A stretch of 64,000 nucleotides of DNA from Callorhinchus milii (lineage: Eukaryota): NCBI RefSeq assembly GCF_018977255.1, contig NW_024704742.1:64978001-65042000 (forward strand). The letters run 5' to 3'. The notes below the pieces were generated by a model, which was not told the origin of the DNA, did no database searches, and worked only from the letters and a program-made list of their open reading frames with translations. Each line of letters opens with the position of its first letter. Positions within the stretch are counted from its first letter, which is position 1. The position numbers and the translations under genes are program-made. Shown here one piece after another: positions 50,313-63,020 of the stretch.

Positions 50313-51822
50313 TTATCATTCAAGGATTATTATTATTAACAATAAAACAATTGATTATGTGACCGAATGCATAATAATGTTAAAAACTGACCTAAAATAC
50401 ATATTCAATTAACTTCACAGTATATTCTGTGAAGCGTTTTGAGACGTCTCAATGACATGATTAAGGCACTATATCAAATGCAAAGATTATTATTATCACC
50501 CACAGAACAGAAAATCAGTGGAGTGGGGATGGGGTTCTGGGTGCATTTTAAAGGCATGCAGATGAAAGTATAAATCATGATTCATGTTGCAGGTTGCAAT
50601 TCCCGTCAGGAGTGAAGCCTGTGGTTACACTGAGCCTCAACACTTGGGATAGAACGACCATGTTCTTGTTAAAGAGGAACCCAAGCCACATCAGCTCAGG
50701 GGAGTTTCTGCAGTTGGATTCAGTTCCTGGAATTATAAGGAAGGATGACCTGCACTGAAAACACCAGTAAGATAGCTCACCACTGGTGAACAGGTTACAT
50801 TACAGCACACTGGGTGGCTTCAATTTTACAGCCCAAATTCACAAAAGAACACCCTTAATTGATTTCATTCACCCTACCAGCTCAGTGCAATCTGTACAAC
50901 GCTGGCCTCTTACAGAAGGGCAAGTTGGCTTTCCTTCCTTGCATGAAAGTATTGTTTGGCAAAATTATTACAGAAGTGAGACTTCCATTGTACAGCGAGG
51001 TTTCCTGTGTAGTGTTCCCCTGGCGGCCTTCCAGGGAGCTTCCAAACCCAGCTCAGCTCAGCCATGTACTGCCCTGCTGATTGCCTGAATCATAGTTTAC
51101 AATTAGCATGGTTACTGGATCCCTCATGACTAGTTTACCACAAGAACAACCTAAACCAAAGTCAACATCCCAGATAGCTTAACAACGACAGAGCTGGACA
51201 CCCTAGCCAGGGAGAAACGGGAGGTGAGCAAAGCATGGTCGAAGAAAAAGGTCTACAGGCGTGATCTGAAGATAATAACAACAATAATCCTTGCATTTGA
51301 TATAACGCCTTATCACGTCTTTGAGACGTTTCAAAGCGCTTCACAGAATATACTGTGAAGTGAAGTGACAATATTTTGTGAGCGAAATGCAGCAAAAAGG
51401 TTTTGGGTTCAAGCCCCACATTGCAATTTTGACCTTCTGGACTAGGCTGATTCTCTAATACAGTGCTGGGGGAGCATTGCATTGTTGTAGGTATTGTCCT
51501 TCTGATGAGATGTTAAAACCGAGGACCCTGTTCAGGTGGACATTACAAAAAATCCCATGGCACTATTAGAGAAGATAAGGGAATTTCTCTCAGTGTACTG
51601 GCCAACAATCCTCCAGATGAAATCAATCATTCATTTCATAGTTGTTTGTGGCACACTGCTGTGTGAAAAATGGCTACCCAACTGCCTACAAAATACAGTT
51701 TACAATAAATCCTGTGATGTGCTTTGAGACATCCTCCCAACATGAAAGGCACTATATCAGATCCCCAAATTCTTATCATAAGTCTGTTGATGCAAACATG
51801 TATGTATTCTGTTGACTTGCCA

Positions 51823-52337
51823 GCGATCCACATAGCGATCCAGGTTTCCAGCAGTTGAATAGGTTTACAGAGAAATAGTTTACAGACCTCCAAACACGCT
51901 TTAGATACTCTTTCTTCAGTTTTCAATGAAAGCCACAAAAAAGGTCTACAAAACTAGGATGGCACCAGTAGGTGTATTGGGGGTAGAGGGTTCCTGTTGT
52001 CAGATGTGAGGGAGAGTAAATATTGGATATCACAGCCTACAATTACTCAAAAGTGTGAGGGGAATTTGCTAAAATTATCTTTGAAATCCAGTAAAAGTGG
52101 GGGTGGTGAGTTTCTGTTTCAATGAATGAGTGTGGGGTATTTTGGAAAATGTAAAGCAGAGAGCGTGAGTGACTTTTGTAGGAGCCACGTAGATCCTGCT
52201 TCATGTCTCCGATATTGGGACCAGACTTCATTGCGATCCACTTGCAGAAACGACAAGTTTCCAGCAGTTGAATAGGTTTACAGAAGGATACGTTTACAGA
52301 GCTCCAAACTCTGACATGCTTTAGATAGTCTTTCTTT
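51823..52337. repeat. Imperfect direct repeat of about 100 bp, period about 413 bp
   Basis: Identical 28-mer gtttccagcagttgaataggtttacaga at 51844-51871 and 52257-52284, with flanking similarity. Confidence 0.85.
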
Positions 52338-52845
52338 TCACATTAACACAACAAAAACTTATTAATAATAATAATCCTTGCATTTGATACAGTGCCTTAT
52401 CACGTCGTCAAATCGCCTCAAGGATACTTCACAGGATAAATTGTAATGTGAATTGACTGTGTGTCACTACACTTCACAGTAAAATCTTGTGAAGCACTTT
52501 TGAGAGTTCTCAACAATGTGACAATGCTCTATATCAAATGCAAGGATTCTTACATTGTTATATATGGTCTCAACACCTTCCTCTGTCCGAGCGTTTGGTC
52601 ATCTTTCTTCTCACCACCGCACTTAGCTCCCACCCTAAGCTCGGGTGCCAAGACAAGACTGTCAAGCACCTTGGGACATCCTCCCGATGCAAAAGGTACT
52701 ATCTAAATATAAATTTGTATTCTATTGTATTACATCCTGATCTATCATATCATCTCTTCATCTCGTCTGTTCCAGTGGAAAAAGGATCAAATTTAGCCAT
52801 TATGAACAGGCAATGGACAGGAAAGTGCACTGCTGTAAATAATAA

Positions 52846-53236
52846 TCCTTGCATTTCATATTGCGCCTTTCACTTCAAGAGGAAGTCTCAAAGTGCTTCA
52901 CAGGATTCACTGTAAAGTGTAGTGGCTGTGTATTTTGTGTACAAATGTAGAAGCCAATTTGTATACAGCAATGCCCCACAAGCAGAATTGAATAACCAAT
53001 TGAGGGATTGTTGGCCAGGGAGAAACTCCCTTCTCTTTTCGAGTAGCACCATAGGATCTTTAATGTCCACCTGAACAGGAAGACCACATTTTGGTTTAAT
53101 ATTGTATCTGAAGGATGGAGGTCCCGACAATGGAACGCATGCCCAGCACTGCACTGGAGTGACAGCCTATTCTGTTATAACATTAGTTACAACCTTCTGA
53201 CTCAGAAGCAAGAGTGCTACCAACTGAGCCAGGCTG
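52846..53236 (-). mobile_element. Older DeuSINE (AmnSINE1/SacSINE1-like); further copies at about 23870-24195, 28300-28700, 39005-39330, 41405-41665, 48378-48880, 51395-51760, 55176-55530, 57270-57575
   Basis: Head ggctcagttggtagcactcttgcttctgagtcagaaggttgt; Deu-domain-like core ctgttcaggtggacattaaagatcc..gaaaagagaagggagtttctcc; same L2-type tail. Confidence 0.8.
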
Positions 53237-55559
53237 ATAACTAATCACAGGGGCCATTACTCTGTCTTTCAGATTTTTTTTCGTCAGCCACGTGTCTGAC
53301 ACATGCCTGTCATCAGGGCCAAAAGAAAATTGCAGAAATATTTGCCAAAATTTGCAGGGAAATTTGATACATTTTGCAGGAAGTTGTAAGGAGTTGATTG
53401 GTGCGATTTGAGGTAAATTTTACTGCCAACCTACATATTTTTACTTTGTTAAAAAAATAAACATGAAGAAATAACACATATTAGATTTTTGCAAAAATGA
53501 TTAATACTTTCCTTAACAAAAACTGGATGGCCACTCGAGCAGCGGACACCAGAGCGGACCCGATGGGCCTGAGATCCGAAAAAAACAGCACTGCTCTCCA
53601 AGCAGGGTCCTGAGTCAAGGCTTGGGGATCGCAGAGTGTGTGTTGGGGTAACTGCTGGAATCTAACCAGCTAAAACTGCATAGTTTGCCAAGTTATTAGA
53701 ACTTACCAGGTTAAAAGAGACTTTTTGCTACAAACCTCTCTCTCCAATATTATTATTATCACTATTAGTTCCACTATTATTACCATTATTATTATTAGAA
53801 GTTGGCCCATGGTTCAAGTCATCTGGAGTGTGGAAGTTTCCAGTAATTCCCAAGGATAGTTTGTTGGCATGCCAACGTTCTGGACACAGAAAGTGACGTT
53901 AGCTTAGTATCAGTGCTTGTTGGGACAGCAAATTCTTTACCACAATGTTAACTACTGAAGGGGAGAGGAAGAGAAAGAATGTGGACTGGAGGAAGCAAAG
54001 AACTCAAGTTTAACACCTGAGAGGGAAGTGCAGTGAGAAAGAATTCATTATTTCTCTTTTCTAGTTTAATTCAGTTTAGCAGGTGTTTTCCTGCTCCACA
54101 TCCCCCGCCCTGCTTGGTCCATCATTGTAGGTTGGGTCTACAGCCTCTCTGCCCTCACCCCCTGGTACCCAATCCCAGAGCCCCTTTGCCTCTCCCCCTC
54201 CCTGCCTCCTTCAAGGCCAGTTTCAAGACCCTCTATTTTGACAATTCCTTTGGTCATCCTCTCACCTCCACCCCTGTTGCTCTCCACCTCCAGCCCCCAG
54301 TTTAGGTGCAAATCTTTCACCTCTCACTGCCTTGGAAAATCCTCCCGATGTCAAAGGCATTGTTGTTGTTTTAATCCTTGGTTCTCAGGATGAGTGGTAG
54401 AGGCCAGGCCACTGGACTGAATTAAGAAACAATTTGACATTGTAATGGGAAGATGGTTGGCTAAAAATTGTGAAGAATGGGATCAAATGGAAGAAAGAAC
54501 CTTTTTGATGCAAAACTCTCTTATTCAACTACAAATTTATCCAAACCTCTTGTTTGATTACCAAATACACAGTCACCACACTTTACAGTAAATACCTGTG
54601 AAGTTCTTTGAAAAGTTTCAACAATGCGACAAGGCACCATAGCAAATGAAAAGATCATTATTCTTATTGATATTGCAATGTGTAACCTTGTGATCATCTG
54701 AGAGGCAAACTCTAGTTGTGAATAGGAAATAGCCATTTCCTCCCTCTTCACTGAGCTACCCACAGCGAAGACTGGGGAGCGACAGAAAAGTGGATGCCTT
54801 GACTTTAGTCCATTGCTCCCATTGATACAAAGAGAGAATCTACCTCACTGTGTCTGATCACTTCAGCTGATCTTTCATTCAGCATAAAATGGGGGAAGTT
54901 TACAAATATTGCATTGCATCACCCAAAGGAAATGTGGGTTTACCGAGGGCCCGATGTCCACTTGACAATTTGCTGGTCTAACAGCCTGTCACTGAGACAA
55001 CAGTATCCACATCTCGCACTAGTAAAGTTGTCTGGTTTCACAAGATCACAAGATTGGTGTAGATGAAGAAGGTCCTTCACCCCATCCGACCTCATCCCCC
55101 CAGAACATCCACCCTATCGTTTCCCCACCCCTTCCCCTTTCAGAGCATCAAGCTGCTTTTTAAATGTGTTTGTCAGCTTGGCGCAGTGTAGCTCTCTCAC
55201 CTCTGAGTCAGAAGGTTGTGGTTTCAAGCCCCACATCGTAACTTGGAATCACATTGGGGGCTGGGGGGTGTTGCATTGTTGGAGGTGCCGTCCTTCGCAC
55301 GAGACATTAAACCGAGGTCCCATCTGCCTGCTCAGGTGGATGTTAAAGGTTCCATTACACTATTCAAAAAGATAAATAAAATTGCTCACTCACTCACTCC
55401 ATGGCTGGTTGTGGGTCATTTATGGGCTGCCGTGTTTCGCCTACAAAATATACAGTCAATCCACTTCTCGATATATCCTGTGCTAAATTGCTACAAGGTG
55501 CTACATCAAATGGAAGGATTATTATTAAATGAGTCCAGCGTCCTGGCCTCTACCACCTG

Positions 55560-56335
55560 ATCAGGAAGAGTGGAGGGCAGGGAGGGTAGTAGTAGGGGGG
55601 ATTGGTGAGTGAAGGCACAGATCTTGAGACCTGCCTTGAAGGAGGTAAGGGAGGGAGCAAGGTGAAGGGATTGTGAGATGAAGTTCCAAAGGTTGGGGGC
55701 AGAAAGGCTGAAGGCTCAACCTCTGATGGTGGGCGGGATATGGAGCAGACCAGAGCCTGCTGAGCAGAGGGAGTGGACAGGTTGATATGGGGTCAGCAGG
55801 TCACAGAGGTAGGAGGGGGCAAGGCCTTGGAGGGCCTTGAAGGTGAGGACAAGGATTTTGAACTCGACCCTCTGGGGGATGTGGAGTCAGTGGAGTCGGG
55901 CGAGGGTGGGGTTGATGGGATCACAGAGTCTGGTGCGGGAGAGGACACGGGCTGCAGAGTTCTGGATGACCTGCAGCTTGTGGAGGGAAGAGTCGGTAGG
56001 CCAACAAGCAGGGGGTTGGCATAGTCGATCCAAGATGTAATAAATGAATGGATGAGGGTCTCAGTGGCCTGAGGGGTGAGGCAGTGGCGGAGCAGGGCAA
56101 TGTTGTGGGGGTGGAGGAAGGCAGAGCGGGTCATGGCATGGAAGTGGGGTAGAAAGGACAGTTGAGGGTCAAACAAGAATATCGCACGAGATGCTGCAGG
56201 GGCTGGAGGAGAAGCTGTTCGTGGAGGCAAAGTGGAGGCGGCGTGAGAGGTAGGATATGAACCACTCAAGACAGGACAATGAAGGTTGAAGTGAGAGGAG
56301 AGGCAGTGGAGGAGGATGGAATGGTTGATGATCAA
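55560..56335 (-). mobile_element. L2 fragment with internal deletion
   Basis: FDPQLSFLPHFHAMTRSAF..ETLIHSFITSWIDYANPLLVGLP. Confidence 0.87.
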
Positions 56336-59300
56336 CCAGTTGTCAGTGTAGATTCCTTGCTTCACTCATGAATATACTGGCCAAGTGTCAGCTTTTGCCG
56401 TGTTAATGTCGTAAACTTCTGTGAATCTGTGCCCTTCTGAAAGACAACAACAACAACTTGTTATATACAGTCTTCATGTGGGGTAGCGTCTCAGAGTGCT
56501 TCAAACTATTACAATGCAAAGCATTCTAGAAACTACTGGATTCCTCTAGAAACCATTGGTTAGAGGAAGTGAGAGGACCTGGTTCGATTCCCGGGCAGGG
56601 CAAAACGTTAGTCAAGTTTCCTTACTCCACACACCTCTGCTTACCTAGCAGCAAATAGGATTGGCGGATCACTTTTCCAGGCGTAATATTCCCTTTAAAA
56701 AAAATGGTCACTGAATCAACGACTGTTTGTGGTACACTGCTGTGCGCAAATGGTTGACGCATTTCTCCCACAAAATATACAGTCAATTCACTTTGGGATG
56801 TCCCCCTGACGTGAAAGGCACTATACAAATGTAATTTGTTGTTGTTTATTGTTTACAGTATATTCTGCGAAGAGCTTTGAGACATCTCGAAGACGTGATG
56901 TGGCGTTATATCAAATTCAAGAATTATTGTTATTATTATTTGGATTTTAAAAATATTAAATAAATATTAAATAAAAACCCAATTCTTAACTCATCTCATT
57001 AAGAGATTCCCAGATGAGGGGCCCTGGGGGTTTAAATACTCCCATGTTTTCCTTCTTCGGAAAAGCACAGTCATAGAATTTTCCACAGTAATTTTCTACA
57101 AGGAAGAAAATGCCCAATTTATCCAGAGGTTTGAGGGTCAGCACTCCAAGAAAAACTCCCTTTTCTTTTCAAACAATGTCACGTGATCTTTAACAGCATC
57201 CACTTGAACAGTCAGATAGAAACTTGGTTTAACTTCTCATCTGAAGTGAATGAAGCACTTCCCCATACTCAAGCTGACATTCCAATGCAGTGCTGGGGGG
57301 TGTTGCCTTGTTGGAGGTGCCGTCCGTCAGATGGGACGTTAAACCAAGGTCCCATCTGCCTGTCAAGTGGATGTTAAAGATCCCTTGGCACTATTCGAAA
57401 AGTTTCTCCTGGTGTCCCGGTCAACAATCTCCCCAAAATAAGATTGATCACTCAATCCACTTAACACTAGCTGCCGCTTTTCGCCCACAAAATACAGTCA
57501 ATCACCTTTCCAGTATATCGTGTGAAGTGTATTGAGACGTGATAAGGTGCTGTATCAAATGCAAGGATTATTACTATTATTGTTATTAAAATCCCGACAC
57601 AGGGTTTGAATCCAACTGAGCCAGGCTGACACCCTAGGTTAAATAAGTGTAGCTTCATCTTTCAGTCAGCATGGATCCAGTACGAATGTGCAATGGTATA
57701 TTTTTGAGGGAGGTTGGGGAGAGGGAAAGATTCATATGAGGGAAATATTCCACAAGGGATGCATGAACAGTGGGATGGGGGGGGGGGGGGGGGGGGGGTG
57801 AAGAAATACCACTTAAGGAACTTCTCAGCAGTAAGAGACATGTTAAATGGAGTCTAAAAATGAAGCTGTTTTTCTCCAGTTAATAAAAGTGCTCTTAAAA
57901 GAACCAACAGCTTTGTTTTTAAACTGCAAATAAGAATTTACCAAATTCTGAATGCACTGGAACAGACACTGAATGTCTTTTCCCCCATGCAGATAACAAT
58001 CTTCATTTATATCTATCATACCTTTCACATTGCAAGGACTTCTCAAAATGCTTCACCCATGACTGGGAATCTGATCTAGGGTGGAGGAGTCACAGATGAA
58101 AGGATAGGTCTTAATAATAACAACAAAAAACCTTGCATTTGATATAGCGCCTTATCACATCATTGAGACGTCTCAAAGTGCTTCACGGAATATACTGTAA
58201 AGTGGAGTGACTGTGTATTTTGTAGACAAGATGGAGGGAGGAGGTGAAACAGAGGGACTCTGGGATGGAGCTCACCCACTGACGATGGAGCAGACAGGGA
58301 ACCGGACACTGTGTCTTCAGTGGTAGGAGTAGCCAGGGAGTAAGTAGGTAATGTTATCAATTTTATTTTGAGGGATTATTATCCCCGGAGTAGCGATTCG
58401 CCAATCGACTAACAACAGGCTTCCTATTTACTGCTAGGTAAACAGAGGCATTTTATATAAACAATTATGGGGCTTTGTAGAGAGGATATTATGTACAAAA
58501 GTTTACTGTGATAGAGGACATTGTTCTAGACTGCACAATGTCTAATATCACAATAGAACCATTACTTCCTCTGACTGCTCTGTAGGTCAGCAACATGTCT
58601 GGTTGTATTATTACTTCATTCGGTTTATGGTGACTTCATGCTGCTTCATGTCACTAACAGGAATCCAAGTATTGCATTGTTGCTGTGGTTTAAAACATTC
58701 TCAGATATCATCCAGATATTGCACCCTCAGTGACCAGTGATTGTGTCTGTCTCTCTTTGATGCGTTACCACAACCAATAATTGCAAGACATGTATTCAAA
58801 CAGTTTTTCTTTATGGTTCTAACACTTGTTCTTGCAGCATGCGGGGGAGTGGGGGGCCTTCAACTCACTTGTGAAATCCAGGATGAATATGTGGGTTGCT
58901 TTTTTGGTCAGGTGGTGTCTGACACATGCAGAAACAAGTCACCATGCTTAAGAGGCACCAAACATTATAATTCCAGGGATAGATTGTCGGAATGGAATGT
59001 GACTCTCTCCCTGGAGGGATGCATCTTGTTTACCTAATTCCAGAAAGTATTAGGTGAAGGTTGGGCATCCCAGAGTGTGCGTTGTGGGCTAGCTGCTGGA
59101 GTCTAACCAGCTAAAACCACATAAATTGCTATTAATAACACTGTCTTGCAAGTTATCCTGCTGCTTGTCCAGCTAGGACCAATACATAGAAGTGGTTACA
59201 GGGATGGAGATATAGGGTTAACAAATCACAGAGGTTGGAAGAAGTAAGGCTGTCTTATACATTTGCCCCTTATTATGGACTTGCCAACAAGTGGAAACAG

Positions 59301-59867
59301 TCCACCAGCGTATTCATGTTTATCTTATCAAAACCCTTAATTTATAAACAACTATCGGGGTCCCCCTCTCACTAGGATGATTCCAGGGTTGTAAAAACCC
59401 TTTTCCTGGTAACATCCTGGTAAACCTATGCTGCACTCAAAGTGATTACAGGGTAATTACCCTCAATGTAATGAATTTTTTCAGTCTAAGCAAACTGCTT
59501 GCTGTAACTTTTTTTGCACTGTCGGGAGGAAGTGGTCAAGTACTGAAATTCAACACACGGCCTGATTGGCTAACTTTAACCCCACGTAAGCACATTAAAC
59601 TTTCCCTGCTGAAGTCACTGACAGACTGTGTCATCTGTGGGTAAAGCCAGTTCCCCACAGGGACTTGAAAGAATGAATTGTCCCCTTCCTGCCAGGAATA
59701 TTTGGTCATTTACGAACAATGAATTGTGTCACAAGTACTGCCATTTAGCGACACGGTACCACAAGGGTGAGGATTATTTCGACCTTTTAACCTCATTGGT
59801 CCAGAATCCTTACACTAGTCTTCGCGTCACAGGGAATTTTGGAAAACAAAAGAACAACAATTTGCAT

Positions 59868-60240
59868 TATAATAATAATAATCCTTGCATTTGATATAGC
59901 ACCTTATCATGTCTTCGAGATGTCTCAAAGTGCTTCATAGAATGTATGGTAAAGTGAATTCACTGTATATTTTGTGGGCAAAACGCGGCAGCCAATTGCA
60001 CACAGCAGTATCCCACAAGCAGTCGTGGAATGAGTGACCAAATTCTTATTTATTTATTTTTGAAGGGATTATTGCTCCCAGAAATCAATCTGCCAATCAA
60101 CTAACAACCAGGTTCCTACTTACTGTGAGGCAAACAATGGCGTGTGGAGTAAGGAACTTGCCTAAGGTTTCGCCCTGCCGGGAATTGAACCTAGTCCTCT
60201 CGCTTGCGAGGCGAGTGCTCCAACCAATACTCGACAGAGC
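59868..60240 (-). mobile_element. tRNA-derived SINE, long subfamily (similar copies at about 1207-1577, 4600-5118, 33485-33850, 46780-47147, 63535-63841)
   Basis: Same tRNA head and tail as the short subfamily, plus an extra internal block gtttacctagcagtaagtaggaacc...gattggcagat. Confidence 0.88.
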
Positions 60241-61206
60241 TATCCTTAGTCCCAACTCAAGTGTCCATCAAGCACTGTGATGTCCTCCACTGATGTAAAA
60301 GCCACTAGCTAAATATATATTGCATTAGTCTGTGGCCATTGTGATCTGGGGTGTGGAATATAAAACCAGGCTTCTAATCCCCTCATGGCGTTAAGCTGCA
60401 ACACTGCCAGAGAACTGCCACCTCCTAGAGAAACCCACAACTTCAGCTTCAAAAGCAAACACACAAATCCATGTCCAGGTCCGATGTGTAATTTGGGCTT
60501 CACACCCGCCAAGCGGAAGAAAAGGCAACACTTGGATACAGTAAACTCAGTGACACTGTTCACTCTTAAAAAAAACCTTTCTGACAACTGTAGCTAAAGT
60601 TGGTTTGTGACAGAACTGAACTGCAGGAAATGTACTGAAATACATTTCCTCACTGATAATTTTATCTGTTGGCAGTCACATACCATCCGGCTCCGTCCCC
60701 TACTTGAGCAGTGCAGACAATGCATTCTTCTGGAGGGTAGTGAGCATCAGACATCGATCGTTGGGTATGTCACTGGAATGCGTCCAAATTGGTTATAGAA
60801 AAAAAATAATCCTTGCATTTTAAATAGCGCCTTATCACGTCGTTCAGACGTTTCAAAGCGCTTCACAGAACATACTGTAAAATGAATTGACTGTATATCT
60901 TTGTGGGCGAAACCCACAGGTTTGGCAGCCAATTGTGTACAGCAGCGTCTCACAAACAGTCGTGGATTGAGTGACCAAATGTTTTTTTTTGGAGCGATTA
61001 TCACGCACGGGAAGCAATCCACAATCAAAACAACCAGTTTCCTTCTAACTGCCAGGTAAACAGAGTGTAGGGAATTTTGGAATTTTGGAAAACAAAACAA
61101 GAACAACTTGCATTTATTAATCCTTGCATTTGATAGAGTGCCTTATCACGTCTTCTAGACGTCTCAAAGCGCCTCATAGAATATACTGTAAAGTGGATTG
61201 ACTGTA

Positions 61207-61533
61207 TAATAATAATAATAATCCTTGCATTTGATATAGCGCTTTTCACGTCGGGAGATCGTCCCAATGCGCTTCACAGAACACACTGTAAAGTGAATTG
61301 ACTGTATATTTATGGGCGAACGCGGCAGCCAATTGCGCACAGCAATGTCCCACAAACAGTCGTAGATTGAAAATGACCAATTTATTATTGTTTTTAGTTT
61401 TTTTGGAGGGATTATTATTAGGCTCTGTGTGGAGTAAGGAAACTTGCCCAAGGTTTCGCCCTCTGCCTGGAATTGAACTCAGGTCTCTCACTTGCAAAGC
61501 GAGTGCTCTAACCACTGAGCTACAGGACTCCAC
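61207..61533 (-). mobile_element. Young tRNA-derived SINE nested in an older SINE
   Basis: Near-identical to 11177-11499. The host SINE runs about 61118-61206 and resumes at about 61537. Confidence 0.92.
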
Positions 61534-62109
61534 AATATAATTTGTGGGCGAAACGTGGCAGCCAATTGCGCACAGCAGTGGTCCACAAACAGTTGTGGAT
61601 TGAGTGACCAATTTTTTTTAAGGCATTATTACCCGGAACAGCAATCTGCCAATCATTTTCCCGGGGTTATGAAGCAGGAATGTACAAAGACAACATGAAT
61701 TAGTTATATGAGATGTATACAACTAATCTTGCAAGCAACCGAATGTAAAGTTGTGCTCAGAGACTTGAAACTTTGGGACTGTTTTGGCTGAACCAGGGAA
61801 GTTAGAAAGGATAATAAGACAGGTTTTCAAAATTATGAACATTTTTGCTAATATAAAGACTATTTCTACCGATGAGTGAATTAGAAACAAGAAGGTATAA
61901 AATTAAGGGTTGTGACCAGAATAGGTGGAAGGTTATAAAAATTATTTTTACACAGAGAGTCGACCATCAATTTGTGTGAAGCAGTATCCCACAAACAACC
62001 ATGAAGTGGATGGCTGACTTTATTTAGGAATTGTTGGCCTGGACACCAGGATAAACTCTCTTCCTCTTGTATTCAGCCAATTCTATTTTAAATGCTGTCC
62101 TGGGCTTGG

Positions 62110-63020
62110 CTCTCAACTCCAGGACCACTGCTGTCCTGACAGACTGCCTGTTGGACATCAAGTCCTGGATGAGGGCAAATCTCCTACAGTTGAATGTGAA
62201 CAAGACTGAGGCCCTCCTGATTGACTCGCGCCAGCGCCTCAGCACCTCAGGCTCTGGCAGCATCAACCTCCATGGTTGCACACTACAACTCACTGCCAGT
62301 CAGGAACCCAGGTGTCTTGTTCGACCCTCAACTGTCTTTTCTTCCCCACATCCAAGCCATGACCCGCTCTGCCTTCCCTCACCTCCATAACATCACCAGA
62401 CTCCGCCACTACCTCACACCGCTGAAACTCTTATTCATACCTTCATCACCTCCAGGCTCGATTATAGAAACGCCCTGCTTGTCGGCCTTCCCAACTCCTC
62501 CCTCCACAGGCTGCAGATAATCCAGCTCTGCAGCCCATGTCCTCTCCCGCACCAAACTCCATGACCCCATCTCCCCCACTCTCGCCCGACTCCATTGGCT
62601 CCCTACCCTTCAGAGGATCCAGTTCAAGATCCTGGTCCCCACCTACAAAGCCCTCCATGGCCTCGCCCCACTCTATCTCTACGACCTCCTAACCCCCTAC
62701 CAACCCGTCCGTTCCCTCCGCTCAGCCGGCTCTGACCTGCCCCATGTCCCCCGACCCACCCGCCCCACCATTGGCGGGAGAGCCTTTAGCCACTCTGCCC
62801 CCAACTTCTGGAATTCCATCCCCCAATCACTCCGCCTCGCCCCCTCCTTAAAGTCCCACCTCAAAACCCTCCTCTTCAACCATGTCATCGGCCACCCCCC
62901 TTCCCTTCCTTCTCCGCCCCCCACCTGACCCCAGCTCGGGTCTGAAATGCTGTACGCTGTCCAGCGCCTTGGGACATCCTCCCGACATGAAAGGAGCTAT
63001 ACAAATGTAATCTTGCAGTT
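62110..63020 (+). mobile_element. L2 3' fragment
   Basis: DCLLDIKSWMRANLLQLNVNKTEALLI through to the tail; near-identical to the 15369-16435 copy. Confidence 0.92.

Noticed and set aside
57777..57798. Long G/C homopolymers (also 4455-4475 and about 42581-42596) as G-quadruplex elements
   Set aside because: Simple homopolymers with no functional context; their lengths are also prone to sequencing error.
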